Notes: generated by a model from the letters alone, not told the origin. Counted from the first letter of the stretch, positions 16,838 to 26,846 are shown. The stretch is 32,000 nt of DNA from Melioribacter roseus P3M-2 (GCF_000279145.1 NC_018178.1:2653800-2685799); one strand, 5' to 3'. A program made the numbers and translations.

Positions 16838-19153
16838 TTAACTGTTCGTGTAGTATTTAATTTTGTCGATAAATTCTTTGCTGTCGATCGGTTTGGGAAT
16901 ATAATCTGTCGCGCCGGCTTCGAGGCATTTCTCTTTGTCGCCTTTCATTGCAAAAGCCGTCAAAGCGATTATCGGTACGTTCTTATATTCCGGCATCTGC
17001 CTTATTTTTTCCGTGGCTTCGAATCCGTTCATAATCGGCATTTGCATATCCATCAGAATCAAATCGAACTTTTCCTTTTTAGCCATATTGACGGCGTCTT
17101 CGCCGTTTTCGACAACGACTATATCTTCGAAGTTGTTTTTCTTCAGTAAACGCGTTACGATTATTTGTGAATGTTTGTAGTCTTCCGCCAGCAATATTTT
17201 CTTAACGCCTTTTTTGGTCAGCACTTCTTCTTCCGGCGGAGGAACTTCGTATTGGTTGATCATCTGGCGGATTGTATCTGCCAGGTCTTCGATGTTAGTC
17301 GATCTCTTTTCGAGCAAGTCGTCGAAAAGCCCTTCGATATTTTTGAGGTCTTCCTGATAGTTCTCTTTGCCCGTATAAATAATAATCGGAAGATGAGCGA
17401 ATCTCGGTTCCGATTTAATCATTTTTATCAATTCGAAACCGTTCGGATGAGGCATATCGAGATCGATTATTGCCAGGTCGATATCCTTGTCTTTAATCAA
17501 ATCCATAACATTAGCCGATACGTTTTCGGCTACCGGTTTGAAACCCGCCGATTCAATGGCTTGCTTAACGAGATTGAGCGTCGGCACGTCGTCGTCAACG
17601 CATAAAATATTAGAATCTTTTCTCAATTTATAACTTGTAAGAACTTCCACGAGATAGTTGTAGTTGATCGGTTTTACAAAATATTCCACTGCGCCCATCA
17701 TAAAGGCTTTCTGTTGTTCGTGTTCGATAGAGCAGACAATTACGGGCACGTTTTTCGTTTTTTCGTGCTCGTGGATTTTGCGCAATAATTCGAGACCGTT
17801 TGTATTCGGCAGTTCGATATCCAAAATGACAGCCAGGAGCGATTCGGAGTTTATGAAGTCAAATGCCTCCTGTTCCGTACTGACAATTATCGGTTTATAC
17901 CCCCATTTGTTCAAATAGTTGCTCAACAACTTGGAGGTAGCATAGTCGTCCTCAATTACCAGAACTTTGTTTTCCGTATCGGGTTTGGGAAGACCGCTCA
18001 ATGTTTTGTCGATATCAGACATTATTGCTCCATCGATTGTTATTTTGAATATAAGTTGATCGTTAAAGTGAACAACGCTTATATCTCCGTTAAGAAGATT
18101 GAGATATTTTTTTGCTAAATATAAGCTTAATCCCGTTAAGTTGGAATTCTTAATTTCATTTATTTTTTTAATTACAAAAGGTTTGAAGAAATTCTTGATT
18201 ATATCGACAGGTATACCGACCGCGTCGCTGGCGGTTAATGTCATTTCGATTCCGCCAGATTCCCGGTTGCTTCCTTTGACTGTAAAATTGCCGGAGGTCG
18301 AAAGGAGGGAAGCCGTATAGATCAAATTGCTGAATACGTATCTCAATTTGAACTCGTCGGATTTTATAGTTCCGTCGATTTTCAGGTCGACGTCGAATTT
18401 GAATTTGTTGTTGGAACGGTGACGGAATAATTTGATTAAGTCTTCCAATACCTGCGTAACTTCGACGTCTTTTTTATTTACCGAAAAATCGCCCGATAGT
18501 ATTCTTGTCGATTCTTTCAAGTCGTTCAAATAGAGAAGAATGCTCTGAGCCGAACGCCTTATGGGAGAAAAATTCTCCGGTTTCAATCCGGAGTCCGATT
18601 TCTCGGATAATAGAGTTACGCTGCCGATAATGGTATTTGTAATATTTCTTATGTCGTCCGAAAAATTATTGATCAATTCGTATATTTCCGCGCTCGGCTG
18701 GTTGAATTTGTGAACCGGCGTTCTGAGGGATAACAGACGACTTATTAAAGCCGACGCCGATTCAATGTTCAGCTTATCGTTCTTGTCGATGGGGGATTTT
18801 TTTGAAATCGAGACGACGAATCGATTTCCCGCGTTGTCGGTCGCCATCAAGCAAGCGTTGAATTTCGAAGTGTCCGTAGGAATTCCGCAGTTACTGTCGA
18901 AATTGAGCGTATTAATGAGATTGTTGTTTATTACCCGGCAATTCGTACACGAAAAATCTCCGCCGCCTTCCAGAGTTACGTTGTCGGATTTACCGATTAG
19001 CTTGAGATTGGTTTTGTCCGAAAGACTAAACAGTGAAACCGAATGAAGATTAAAATTACGCACTAGAAATCGGCATATTTCGTTGTAAAAAGACTCGTCG
19101 CCCGAAATTGCAAATTCAATCAATTCGTTAATACCGTTGATAAGCTGATTCAT
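16838..19153 (-). CDS. Hybrid sensor kinase-like protein: N-terminal sensory region, degenerate HisKA/HATPase core, three receiver domains
   Basis: The H-box-like FSDDIRNITNTIIG has Asp where the phospho-acceptor His is expected. N/G-box-like FSNLIYTA, SDAVGI and TGLSLYLAKK are present. The three REC domains are VLVIEDD..ILDIELP..KP, ILCVDDD..IIDLDMP and ILLAEDY..LMDMQMP..KP. Confidence 0.85.
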   Translation of the reverse strand: MNQLINGINELIEFAISGDESFYNEICRFLVRNFNLHSVSLFSLSDKTNLKLIGKSDNVTLEGGGDFSCTNCRVINNNLINTLNFDSNCGIPTDTSKFNACLMATDNAGNRFVVSISKKSPIDKNDKLNIESASALISRLLSLRTPVHKFNQPSAEIYELINNFSDDIRNITNTIIGSVTLLSEKSDSGLKPENFSPIRRSAQSILLYLNDLKESTRILSGDFSVNKKDVEVTQVLEDLIKLFRHRSNNKFKFDVDLKIDGTIKSDEFKLRYVFSNLIYTASLLSTSGNFTVKGSNRESGGIEMTLTASDAVGIPVDIIKNFFKPFVIKKINEIKNSNLTGLSLYLAKKYLNLLNGDISVVHFNDQLIFKITIDGAIMSDIDKTLSGLPKPDTENKVLVIEDDYATSKLLSNYLNKWGYKPIIVSTEQEAFDFINSESLLAVILDIELPNTNGLELLRKIHEHEKTKNVPVIVCSIEHEQQKAFMMGAVEYFVKPINYNYLVEVLTSYKLRKDSNILCVDDDVPTLNLVKQAIESAGFKPVAENVSANVMDLIKDKDIDLAIIDLDMPHPNGFELIKMIKSEPRFAHLPIIIYTGKENYQEDLKNIEGLFDDLLEKRSTNIEDLADTIRQMINQYEVPPPEEEVLTKKGVKKILLAEDYKHSQIIVTRLLKKNNFEDIVVVENGEDAVNMAKKEKFDLILMDMQMPIMNGFEATEKIRQMPEYKNVPIIALTAFAMKGDKEKCLEAGATDYIPKPIDSKEFIDKIKYYTNS

Positions 19154-19223
19154 CTATACTGTCCGAAAAGTTTTAATAAAAATAATAAAATTATATTTTA
19201 GGAACATCCCGGCTAGAGTTCCT

Positions 19224-21365
19224 CTATAAATTATCGACGAAATAATCTGTAATTTTAGTATAAAGGTGAAGAGCGTCTCTTCCTCTTACGCCGTGCTCGT
19301 GTTTGACATACGGGAAATAATCGAGCGGTTTATTCAAATGCATTGCCTTTTCGGCAAAGAGCAGAGTATGTTGCCATACGACTACGGGATCGAATGTGCC
19401 GTGAACAAGGAGTAATTTCCCTTTCAGGTTATCAACGTAATTCAGAAGCGACGACTCTTTATAGCCTTCGGGATTCGATTCCGGAGTATCCATATATCTC
19501 TCGGTGTACATTACTTCGTAGAGACTCCAGTCGATAACCGCGCCGCCGCCTACTCCCGCTTTGAATTGATTGCCCGTCCTGAGCATCAAAGAAGCGGCCA
19601 TAAATCCGCCGTAACTCCAACCGAATACTCCGAATCTGGAAGTATCGACATACGATAATTTTTTCAGATATTCCACGCCGCATAATTGGTCTTCAATTTC
19701 AACAGTTCCCAATCTTCTGAAAGTAGCTTGTTCGAATTCGAGTCCCCGGTTGTCGGAACCGCGATTGTCGAGCGTAAAAACAATATAACCTTTTTGAGCC
19801 ATCATGTAGAACCAGATGAAATATCTGCCGTATCCGAATGAATTGGTAATCAACTGAGCATGCGGTCCGCCGTAGACATAGAAAATTACCGGATATTTTT
19901 TAGCGGGGTCGAAATCGGGAGGAAGAATCATACGGCAGTAGAGATCGATTCCTTCCTTGTTTTTTATGGTAAATACTTCCGTTTTGCCCAGATTGTATTC
20001 CGATAACGGATCGTCGGCTGTCAGCAGGTTTCTCAAAGTATTATTGTAATTGGCAAGAACTATTTTTCTCGGCGTATCGTAATTCGAGTAATTGTCGATA
20101 AAGAAGTCGCCGTCGTCGCTGCGGCGAACAGAGTGCGTGCCGGGTTCTTTGGTTATTTTTTCGAGTTTGTCGTTTTTTAATTCGAGGCGATAATAATGCC
20201 TTTCGAGCGGCGATTCCTTTGTGGCGGTGAAGAATAAATATTTGCCGTCTTTATCGAATCCGTCAAAGTCGGTTATAACCCATTCGCCTTTTGTCAATTG
20301 TTTGAGAAGATTGCCGTCTGTATCGTAAAGATAAGCGTGTTTGTAACCGTCGCGCTCGGATAACCAGACGAACTTATTCGGCGAACCCGGGATGAAATAA
20401 AGAGGCGTCTCCGGCTCCACGTATTTATCGTCCCTTTCTTCGAAGAGAGTCTTGACCGGTTCTCCTGAACTCACGTCATATTTAATTAGCTTAAGATGGT
20501 TTTGGTCTCTATTGAGATGAGCAATGAAAAAATTTTTTTGATCGGGCGACCACGTAAGCGAAGTAAGATACTGGTCTTTCGGTTCGCCTGTGTTTAACCA
20601 AGTAGTCGATTCGTCATCTATTTTATAGATTCCGACTGTTACGTGATGGCTCGCCTGTCCCGCCATCGGGTATTTTATATTCTTTATGCGCGCCGGTTTA
20701 GATGAGATGTCGAGCAGCGGATAGTCTGAAACCATAGTTTGGTCCATTCGATAGAAAGCTATGAAATCCGAGTTCGGCGACCAGAAAATACCGCCGTTAA
20801 TACCGAATTCGTTTCTGTGGACCGACTGTCCGCATATTATATTGCTGTCCGGCTCGTTCGTAACGGCTTTAAATTCTTTGCCGTCGAGACTAACATATAA
20901 ATTGTTCTTGATAGTAAAAGCCAGATACCGGTTATTGGGAGCCACAGTTAAGTTTTCGGCTTCTTCCGGGGCTCTGTTGATTACCTCGGCGGTGTTTGCT
21001 TCTACGTTTACGCGTATTAATTTATTGTCGTAAATAAAGTTGAATTCGTTTTCGTCGATCCAGGAAATTGGCGGTAAGTAGTTAATCTTATCGTAACCTT
21101 TTTCTGAAAGAAGGGCGTTTATTTTGTCCAAAGAGGAAAGCGTATCGTATTTTTCGGAATCGACCGAGCCTGCGAGAATAAATTTATCTTTGACAAACGA
21201 GAAATCGTGACTTGCGGGAATCCATTGAAGCTGGCTCAGGTTCTCCGGCATCAATTTGGAATACGCATTGATTATAACGTCCTCGACGGTAAAGTTTTTC
21301 TTTTGCGAGAAAATGAATGCCGGCGCTAAAAGAAAACAAATTACGATTAATTTAAAGCGGGACAT
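19224..21365 (-). CDS. Dipeptidyl-peptidase IV-like serine peptidase (family S9B), secreted
   Basis: Signal peptide (MSRFKLIVICFLLAPAFIFSQ), an N-terminal beta-propeller region and the catalytic GWSYGG motif, with downstream Asp and His (LLVHGTFDP, HEHG). The ATG at 21365, preceded by GAGG, is preferred over the GTG at 21371. Confidence 0.88.
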   Translation of the reverse strand: MSRFKLIVICFLLAPAFIFSQKKNFTVEDVIINAYSKLMPENLSQLQWIPASHDFSFVKDKFILAGSVDSEKYDTLSSLDKINALLSEKGYDKINYLPPISWIDENEFNFIYDNKLIRVNVEANTAEVINRAPEEAENLTVAPNNRYLAFTIKNNLYVSLDGKEFKAVTNEPDSNIICGQSVHRNEFGINGGIFWSPNSDFIAFYRMDQTMVSDYPLLDISSKPARIKNIKYPMAGQASHHVTVGIYKIDDESTTWLNTGEPKDQYLTSLTWSPDQKNFFIAHLNRDQNHLKLIKYDVSSGEPVKTLFEERDDKYVEPETPLYFIPGSPNKFVWLSERDGYKHAYLYDTDGNLLKQLTKGEWVITDFDGFDKDGKYLFFTATKESPLERHYYRLELKNDKLEKITKEPGTHSVRRSDDGDFFIDNYSNYDTPRKIVLANYNNTLRNLLTADDPLSEYNLGKTEVFTIKNKEGIDLYCRMILPPDFDPAKKYPVIFYVYGGPHAQLITNSFGYGRYFIWFYMMAQKGYIVFTLDNRGSDNRGLEFEQATFRRLGTVEIEDQLCGVEYLKKLSYVDTSRFGVFGWSYGGFMAASLMLRTGNQFKAGVGGGAVIDWSLYEVMYTERYMDTPESNPEGYKESSLLNYVDNLKGKLLLVHGTFDPVVVWQHTLLFAEKAMHLNKPLDYFPYVKHEHGVRGRDALHLYTKITDYFVDNL

Positions 21366-21391
21366 AGACACCTCATTAATATTTGAATAAT

Positions 21392-21421
21392 AAAAAAGGG
21401 GGGTTATAAACCCCCTTTTTT
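21392..21421 (-). terminator. Rho-independent (bidirectional-looking) terminator after clpP
   Basis: GGGGGTT-ATA-AACCCCC is flanked by an A-run and a T-run, 5 nt downstream of the clpP stop on the minus strand. Confidence 0.8.
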
Positions 21422-22088
21422 ATTTTTTAGATTTATTGTCCGATGGATTAACACGGTGAGTCAGGATATTGTCAATCAGGTTGTATTCCTTAGCTTCTTC
21501 GGCGGTCATGAAATAGTCCCTGTCGCAGTCCTTGGCAATCTGTTCGTACGATTTACCCGTATGCTCGGCAAGTATTTTGTAAATAGTGTCGCGTGTTTTG
21601 ATCATTTCTTTAGCGTGAATTTCGATGTCTGTGGTTTGTCCCTGCAAACCTCCGACCCACGGTTGATGAATCATAATTTTGGAATGGGGAAGCGCCGAAC
21701 GTTTTCCGGCTTCGCCTCCTGCCAAAAGAACCGCTCCCATACTAGCCGCAAGACCGACGCATATTGTAGATACTTTCGAGCGGATATATTTCATAGTATC
21801 GTAAATTGCCAGTCCGGCAGAAACGCTGCCACCCGGCGAATTGATATAGAGATAGATGTCTTTATCCGGGTCTTCGGCTTCCAGGAATAATAACTGCGCA
21901 ATTATAAGACTTGCGATATGATCGTCGATGGCTGTTCCCAAAAATACTATACGTTCTCTCAGAAGCCGCGAAAAGATGTCCATACCCCTTTCGCCGCGAC
22001 CCGTCTGCTCGATTACATAAGGCACCAATTGATTGAAAATTTCGTGTTTTTTAATTGATTCGATATCGGTGAAAAAATCATTCTTCAT
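21420..22088 (-). CDS. clpP: ATP-dependent Clp protease proteolytic subunit
   Basis: [30 protein letters not shown], catalytic Ser (AASMGA), His (MIHQP) and Asp (DRDYFMTA). The start is taken at Met16 of the track ORF (MKNDFF..). The upstream poly-Lys extension is the alternate frame of the tig tail. Confidence 0.92.
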   Translation of the reverse strand: MKNDFFTDIESIKKHEIFNQLVPYVIEQTGRGERGMDIFSRLLRERIVFLGTAIDDHIASLIIAQLLFLEAEDPDKDIYLYINSPGGSVSAGLAIYDTMKYIRSKVSTICVGLAASMGAVLLAGGEAGKRSALPHSKIMIHQPWVGGLQGQTTDIEIHAKEMIKTRDTIYKILAEHTGKSYEQIAKDCDRDYFMTAEEAKEYNLIDNILTHRVNPSDNKSKK

Positions 22089-23388
22089 TTTCTTTTTTCC
22101 CTTCTTCTTTTTTCTTCTTTTCTTCAGGATCAACTTCTTTGACTACCGCATTATCTTTCAGGAATTTAATTACTTTGTCTTCCAGCAGATAGTCGGCTCT
22201 GTTTGTATCTTTATAATACTTAACAAGTTTGTCGACGCTTATGCCCGTCTTTTCGGATTCTTCTTTGGCTAATTGTTCCAGCTCGGAATCTTCCACTTTT
22301 ATGTTTTCTTTTTCGGCAATGTTAGTCATTATTATTTGCCACTTTGCCGTCCATTCGGCTCTTGGCTTAAGATATTCGGCAAGTTGTTTTTCGTCGACGT
22401 TTTTCTGACCGTAACGTCGGGCGTTTTCTTTTTCCATTTCAATAAAGCGTTTGTGCAGCGATTCAACCAATCCCGAAGGTGGAGTGAAATCGTTATTCTC
22501 CACAACTTTGTTTAAGAGAGAATTGGTAAAGATTTGTTCGGATTGATTATCGTAATATTTTTTGAAATTATCTCTCATCAACTCGCGCAATTCTTCGATG
22601 GTCGAAGCTTTATCGTTGGAGATTTTCTTGATTAATTCCTCGTTCAGTTCCGGCTTGACCAATTTCTCGATTTTTTTGATTTCGACTTCGTAGTTATATT
22701 CCTGGCGGTGAAGCTCCTCGCCGTGATAATGTTCGTCGACGAAACTGAAATCGAATTTATCGCCTGCTTTTTTGCCTTTGGCATTTTCGAAAATCTGAGG
22801 ATTAACTTTTTCGTCGTTCAAATCGATAGTTACGTTTTCGCTTCTTTGATTCGGAACCGGATTTTTTGATTCGTCGAGTTGCTGAAGATCGACCGTTATT
22901 TTGTATTCTTTCGATTCAACCGTATCGGCTTCTTCATACTTATAATGGGGTTTCAGCAGATATTCGATTTCCTTCTCGATTTCTTCTTCTTTTACTTTGA
23001 ACGCGGGTTTTTCGATTTCGAGCCCTTTATAGTCTTTAACGTCGACTTTGGGCATAATCTCGTACTGAATTTTGAAAGAAAGCTTTTCGCCGATATTAAA
23101 ATCGATATCGGTAAGTTGAGGAGTGCTTATCGGTTGAAGCTTCTCCTGGTCTACGATATCCCAGAATTTTTTAGTGGCAATTTTTTCCGAAGCTTTGTAT
23201 TCGATAGCTTCGCCGTAGAGTTTTTTTATAATCGAAAGGGGAGCTTTTCCCTTTCTGAAGCCGTCAATGGCAATATGTTTTCTTTCTTCTTCGTAAGCCT
23301 TTTCGATTTCGGGCTTAATTTCGTCGTAAGATAAATTTACTTCGAGTTCCTGTAACGAATCGGATAATTGATTTACTTTGAAGTCCAA
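22078..23388 (-). CDS. tig: Trigger factor
   Basis: [17 protein letters not shown] ribosome-binding signature, with FKBP-like and C-terminal domains and a K/E-rich tail. The TTG start at 23388 (..AGAGGTATAT TTG GAC TTC AAA) is used because the track's Met lies inside the tRNA gene. Confidence 0.9.
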   Translation of the reverse strand: MDFKVNQLSDSLQELEVNLSYDEIKPEIEKAYEEERKHIAIDGFRKGKAPLSIIKKLYGEAIEYKASEKIATKKFWDIVDQEKLQPISTPQLTDIDFNIGEKLSFKIQYEIMPKVDVKDYKGLEIEKPAFKVKEEEIEKEIEYLLKPHYKYEEADTVESKEYKITVDLQQLDESKNPVPNQRSENVTIDLNDEKVNPQIFENAKGKKAGDKFDFSFVDEHYHGEELHRQEYNYEVEIKKIEKLVKPELNEELIKKISNDKASTIEELRELMRDNFKKYYDNQSEQIFTNSLLNKVVENNDFTPPSGLVESLHKRFIEMEKENARRYGQKNVDEKQLAEYLKPRAEWTAKWQIIMTNIAEKENIKVEDSELEQLAKEESEKTGISVDKLVKYYKDTNRADYLLEDKVIKFLKDNAVVKEVDPEEKKKKEEGKKENEE

Positions 23389-23418
23389 ATATACCTCTGA
23401 TCTTTTGTTATAAAATAG

Positions 23419-23501
23419 TGCGAGAGGGGGGACTCGAACCCCCACGTCGCAGTGACACTAGATCCTAAGTCTAGCGCGTCTACCAATTCCGCCACTCTCG
23501 C
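23419..23501 (-). tRNA. tRNA-Leu (anticodon UAG), 83 nt, long variable arm, no encoded CCA
   Basis: The minus strand reads GCGAGAGTGGCGGAATTGGTAGACGCGCTAGACTTAGGATCTAGTGTCACTGCGACGTGGGGGTTCGAGTCCCCCCTCTCGCA. It has a 7-bp acceptor stem, an anticodon stem CTAGA/TCTAG with loop CTTAGGA, and a GGTTCGAGTCC T-arm. Confidence 0.93.
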
Positions 23502-23510
23502 AATGACTTG

Positions 23511-23518
23511 CAAAAATA
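23511..23518 (-). promoter_or_regulatory. Candidate Bacteroidota-type -7 promoter element (TATTTTTG = TAnnTTTG) for tRNA-Leu/tig/clpP
   Basis: On the minus strand TATTTTTG ends about 9 nt upstream of the tRNA 5' end (motif 23518..23511, tRNA 5' nucleotide at 23501). It matches the published TAnnTTTG consensus. No clear -33 element was seen. Confidence 0.25.
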
Positions 23519-23668
23519 TGCAAATAAAGTTAAAAATAAAAGAGAATTCAGACGACTGGATTGTTGAAATTCTAAATAATTTGCCGAAAATTCTTCCCTT
23601 TTCAAGGAGATTGAAAGGAATGTTATATCAATAATTTTTTATATTAATTAGTCAATTTTAACGGGCTT

Positions 23669-25576
23669 ATGCAAAATCTTATCGGAATTCAAATCGATAA
23701 TTACAGGATTGTTTCCGTTCTGGGCAAGGGCGGCATGGGAATTGTATATAAAGCCTACGATACCAAGCTTGACCGCTTTGTAGCCATAAAAATGTTGAAT
23801 TCCGACATGTACGACCGCCTTAAGTTTATCGAACGATTCAAGAGGGAAGCGAAAAACCAGGCAAAATTGTCGCATCCGAACATCGTCACGGTTTACGGTT
23901 TTATCGAATACGACAATCTGCTCGGTATCGTGATGGAATATGTCGAAGGCGAAAGTCTCGACAAAATTTTAAGAAGACAGGGCAGATTCAATCTTTACGA
24001 CGTGTTTTATATTCTTAAGCAGATTTTGCTCGGACTCGGCTATGCTCATTCGAAAGGTTTTGTGCACAGAGACATTAAACCTTCCAATATTGTTTTGAAT
24101 AAAGAAGGCGTCGCCAAGGTGATGGATTTCGGTATATCGAAATCCTTATTCGACGATTCCGCGGTAACAAAAACGGGCGCTAAAATCGGCACCGTTTATT
24201 ATATGAGTCCCGAACAGATTAAAGGCTACGACGTTACGAACAGGAGCGATATCTATTCATTGGGCTGTACGGCATACGAAATGATTGTAGGACATCCGCC
24301 CTTCGATTATGAAAGCGAATACGAGATTATGGACAGCCATCTCAAAAAGTCGCCTCCAAAAATTTCGTCGGCAATCGCCGGAATTCCGGAAATAGTCGAC
24401 GAATTGATTTTGAGAGCAATGGCTAAAAATCCTAACGACAGATATGCTACATGCGAAGAAATGTACGAAGAAGTACAACGCGTTGACCAGCAGGTGGCTA
24501 AACTTTACACGAATTATTTCAGAAAAACCGAAGCGCGCTCTGCCACATATAAATTTATGTCAGCCTCGGCTTTTGCTCTCTTTTTTATTGTGTTAATCGG
24601 TATTTCGTATTTCGTTTATACTCAGGTGGACGAACTTCTGAAAAGTAACGCGTTGGAAGAATTGAAAAAGTACAATATAGAAGCGCTCTTTTCGTCGCCC
24701 GAAGACGAATTCAGTTTCAAGGAAATTGTCAGAATCCAATCGCCCGTTGACGTCAATCTCAACGGAATTTCATTCTCGGGAAATACTTTTGCCGTTGCAG
24801 TAGGAGATTCGGGCGTCATACTGACTTCGAATAATAACGGACAAAATTGGAAACTTATCGGCTACGACAAAAAAGTAAATCTAAGCGACGTTTATTGCTC
24901 GCCGCTCGGCAAGACCATTATTGTCGGCGATTCCTCGACAATTTTATACAGCGCAAATTTTCTCGATTCGATAAGGACTGTTCAGGTGCGGGGAGGGTAT
25001 ACTTTTTTCAGAGTGAAATTTATCGACGAGCAAACCGGATTTATTACGGGCAGCGACGGTCTTATTATGAAAACAGTCAACGGAGGAATCAGCTGGTATA
25101 AAGTGGTTACAAATACAAAGGATTTGATTTTCGACCTCGATTTTTCAAACGACAGACATGGTATAGCAGTGGGGTGGAACGGGCTTATGTTAACAACCGA
25201 AAACGGGGGAGAAAGCTGGCATCCGATTGAAAACGTAAAATTCGACAATTATATAAAATCGATTGATATTACCAAAGAAGGATATTGTCTGGCTGCGGGG
25301 GGAGATGCTACTATTCTGCGATCGATAAATTACGGCAAAGATTGGGAAATCGAAAAAGTCGCTGAATTGGGAGGCTTGCAAAAAGTACTCTTCATTTCCG
25401 AAAATTACGCCGTGGTAACGGGAAGCAAGGGTATATTAATGTTCTCGAAAGACAAGGGCAATACATGGAATCTGATTGAAAGCAGAATTTATTCCAATAT
25501 GAACGACCTGGAACTGAGTCCGGAACGTGAATTATTTATGGTCGGCGTTAACGGGATGATTTTTAAAATATTTTAG
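23669..25576 (+). CDS. Hanks-type Ser/Thr protein kinase, one TM helix, C-terminal BNR/Ycf48-like beta-propeller
   Basis: GKGGMGIVYKA, VAIK, HRDIKPSN, DFG and SPE kinase motifs. TM segment FMSASAFALFFIVLIGISYFVYT. Five Asp-box-like repeats follow (NNGQNW, NGGISW, NGGESW, NYGKDW, DKGNTW). Confidence 0.88.
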   Translation: MQNLIGIQIDNYRIVSVLGKGGMGIVYKAYDTKLDRFVAIKMLNSDMYDRLKFIERFKREAKNQAKLSHPNIVTVYGFIEYDNLLGIVMEYVEGESLDKILRRQGRFNLYDVFYILKQILLGLGYAHSKGFVHRDIKPSNIVLNKEGVAKVMDFGISKSLFDDSAVTKTGAKIGTVYYMSPEQIKGYDVTNRSDIYSLGCTAYEMIVGHPPFDYESEYEIMDSHLKKSPPKISSAIAGIPEIVDELILRAMAKNPNDRYATCEEMYEEVQRVDQQVAKLYTNYFRKTEARSATYKFMSASAFALFFIVLIGISYFVYTQVDELLKSNALEELKKYNIEALFSSPEDEFSFKEIVRIQSPVDVNLNGISFSGNTFAVAVGDSGVILTSNNNGQNWKLIGYDKKVNLSDVYCSPLGKTIIVGDSSTILYSANFLDSIRTVQVRGGYTFFRVKFIDEQTGFITGSDGLIMKTVNGGISWYKVVTNTKDLIFDLDFSNDRHGIAVGWNGLMLTTENGGESWHPIENVKFDNYIKSIDITKEGYCLAAGGDATILRSINYGKDWEIEKVAELGGLQKVLFISENYAVVTGSKGILMFSKDKGNTWNLIESRIYSNMNDLELSPERELFMVGVNGMIFKIF

Positions 25577-25583
25577 AGGAAAT

Positions 25584-26846
25584 GTGGAAAAGTTTATAAT
25601 AAGAGGCGGCAAAATACTGGAAGGCAAAGTCGATGTCAGCGGCGCCAAGAATTCGGCGCTGGCTCTCATGCCTGCTACTTTGTTGAACGACGGGATTAAC
25701 GCTATCGAAAATACTCCCGAAGTGAACGATATCCATACAATGATTAAATTAATGACCGAGTTGGGCTCTAATATTAATTTCGACAAACATCGTCTTACGA
25801 TCGACAACTCGAATGTCAATAATCAGGTTGCTCCGTATGAATTGGTTAAGAAAATGAGGGCTTCGATATATGTGCTGGGACCTCTCTTGACGCGATTCGG
25901 CTATGCAAAAGTTTCAATGCCCGGAGGATGCGCCTGGGGACCGCGTCCGATTAATCTGCATTTGGAAGCCATGAAAAAATTGGGCGCAGAAATAGAACTC
26001 GAACTCGGTTATATAATTGCTAAATCAAAACGTCTTCGCGGCGCCAAAATTCATTTCGACGTACCTTCTGTGGGAGCCACAGGCAATACGCTCATGGCTG
26101 CCGCGCTGGCAAAAGGATCGACGCTTATTTCAAATGCCGCGACCGAACCTGAAATAGTATCGTTAGCCGAATATCTGACAAAAATGGGCGCTAAGATAAA
26201 CGGTATCGGAACTAAAATGATTGAAATTGAAGGAGTCGATACCCTTAGTCCCGCCGACTATTATAACATTCCGGATCGGATTGAAGCCGGAACTTTGTTG
26301 ATTGCAGCGGGAATTACAGGCGGCAACGTTACCCTTTGCAACGTTATGCCTAATCACGTGGATACTATTTTAATTAAATTGGAAGAAGCCGGATTCCGTT
26401 TAGAAAGCAATGAAAACGAAATAACACTCCGCTCGACCGGGGCGATTGCAAATGTGGATGTAACTACAGACGTATATCCCGGATTTCCGACAGACATGCA
26501 GGCTCAATGGATTGCATTGATGTCTTTGGCTAATGGCACATCTACAATTACGGATACGATTTATCCCGACAGATTCAATCATGTTCCGGAATTGGCGAGA
26601 TTGGGCGCGAATATCGAAGTTGTCAACAACAGCGCCGTGGTTAAAGGAGTGGGAAAATTAACGGGCGCAAAAGTTATGTCAACGGACTTGAGAGCCAGCG
26701 CTTCGTTGGTGCTTGCCGGATTGGCTGCTTCGGGAACCACGGAAATACTTAGAATCTATCATATCGACAGGGGATATCAACGAATCGAAGAAAAACTAAA
26801 AACACTCGGAGCGGATATCGAAAGAGTAAAAACCGATGAGTATTAA
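25584..26846 (+). CDS. murA: UDP-N-acetylglucosamine 1-carboxyvinyltransferase
   Basis: GGKILEGKVDVSGAKNSALALM, the active-site Cys region MPGGCAWGPRPINLH and the C-terminal HIDRGY. The GTG start is preceded by AGAGGA. Confidence 0.94.
   Translation: MEKFIIRGGKILEGKVDVSGAKNSALALMPATLLNDGINAIENTPEVNDIHTMIKLMTELGSNINFDKHRLTIDNSNVNNQVAPYELVKKMRASIYVLGPLLTRFGYAKVSMPGGCAWGPRPINLHLEAMKKLGAEIELELGYIIAKSKRLRGAKIHFDVPSVGATGNTLMAAALAKGSTLISNAATEPEIVSLAEYLTKMGAKINGIGTKMIEIEGVDTLSPADYYNIPDRIEAGTLLIAAGITGGNVTLCNVMPNHVDTILIKLEEAGFRLESNENEITLRSTGAIANVDVTTDVYPGFPTDMQAQWIALMSLANGTSTITDTIYPDRFNHVPELARLGANIEVVNNSAVVKGVGKLTGAKVMSTDLRASASLVLAGLAASGTTEILRIYHIDRGYQRIEEKLKTLGADIERVKTDEY

Noticed and set aside
23389-23445. 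N-terminal extension of the trigger-factor ORF (MGVRVPPLALFYNKRSEVY)
   Set aside because: The upstream Met lies inside the tRNA-Leu gene (23419-23501). A TTG with an AGAGG RBS at 23388 gives the canonical Tig N-terminus.
23506-23524. TTGCA-AAAATA-TGCAA inverted repeat between tRNA-Leu and the Ser/Thr kinase gene as an operator
   Set aside because: It is a 5-bp arm palindrome in AT-rich promoter DNA, overlaps the candidate TAnnTTTG element, and is too short to distinguish from chance.
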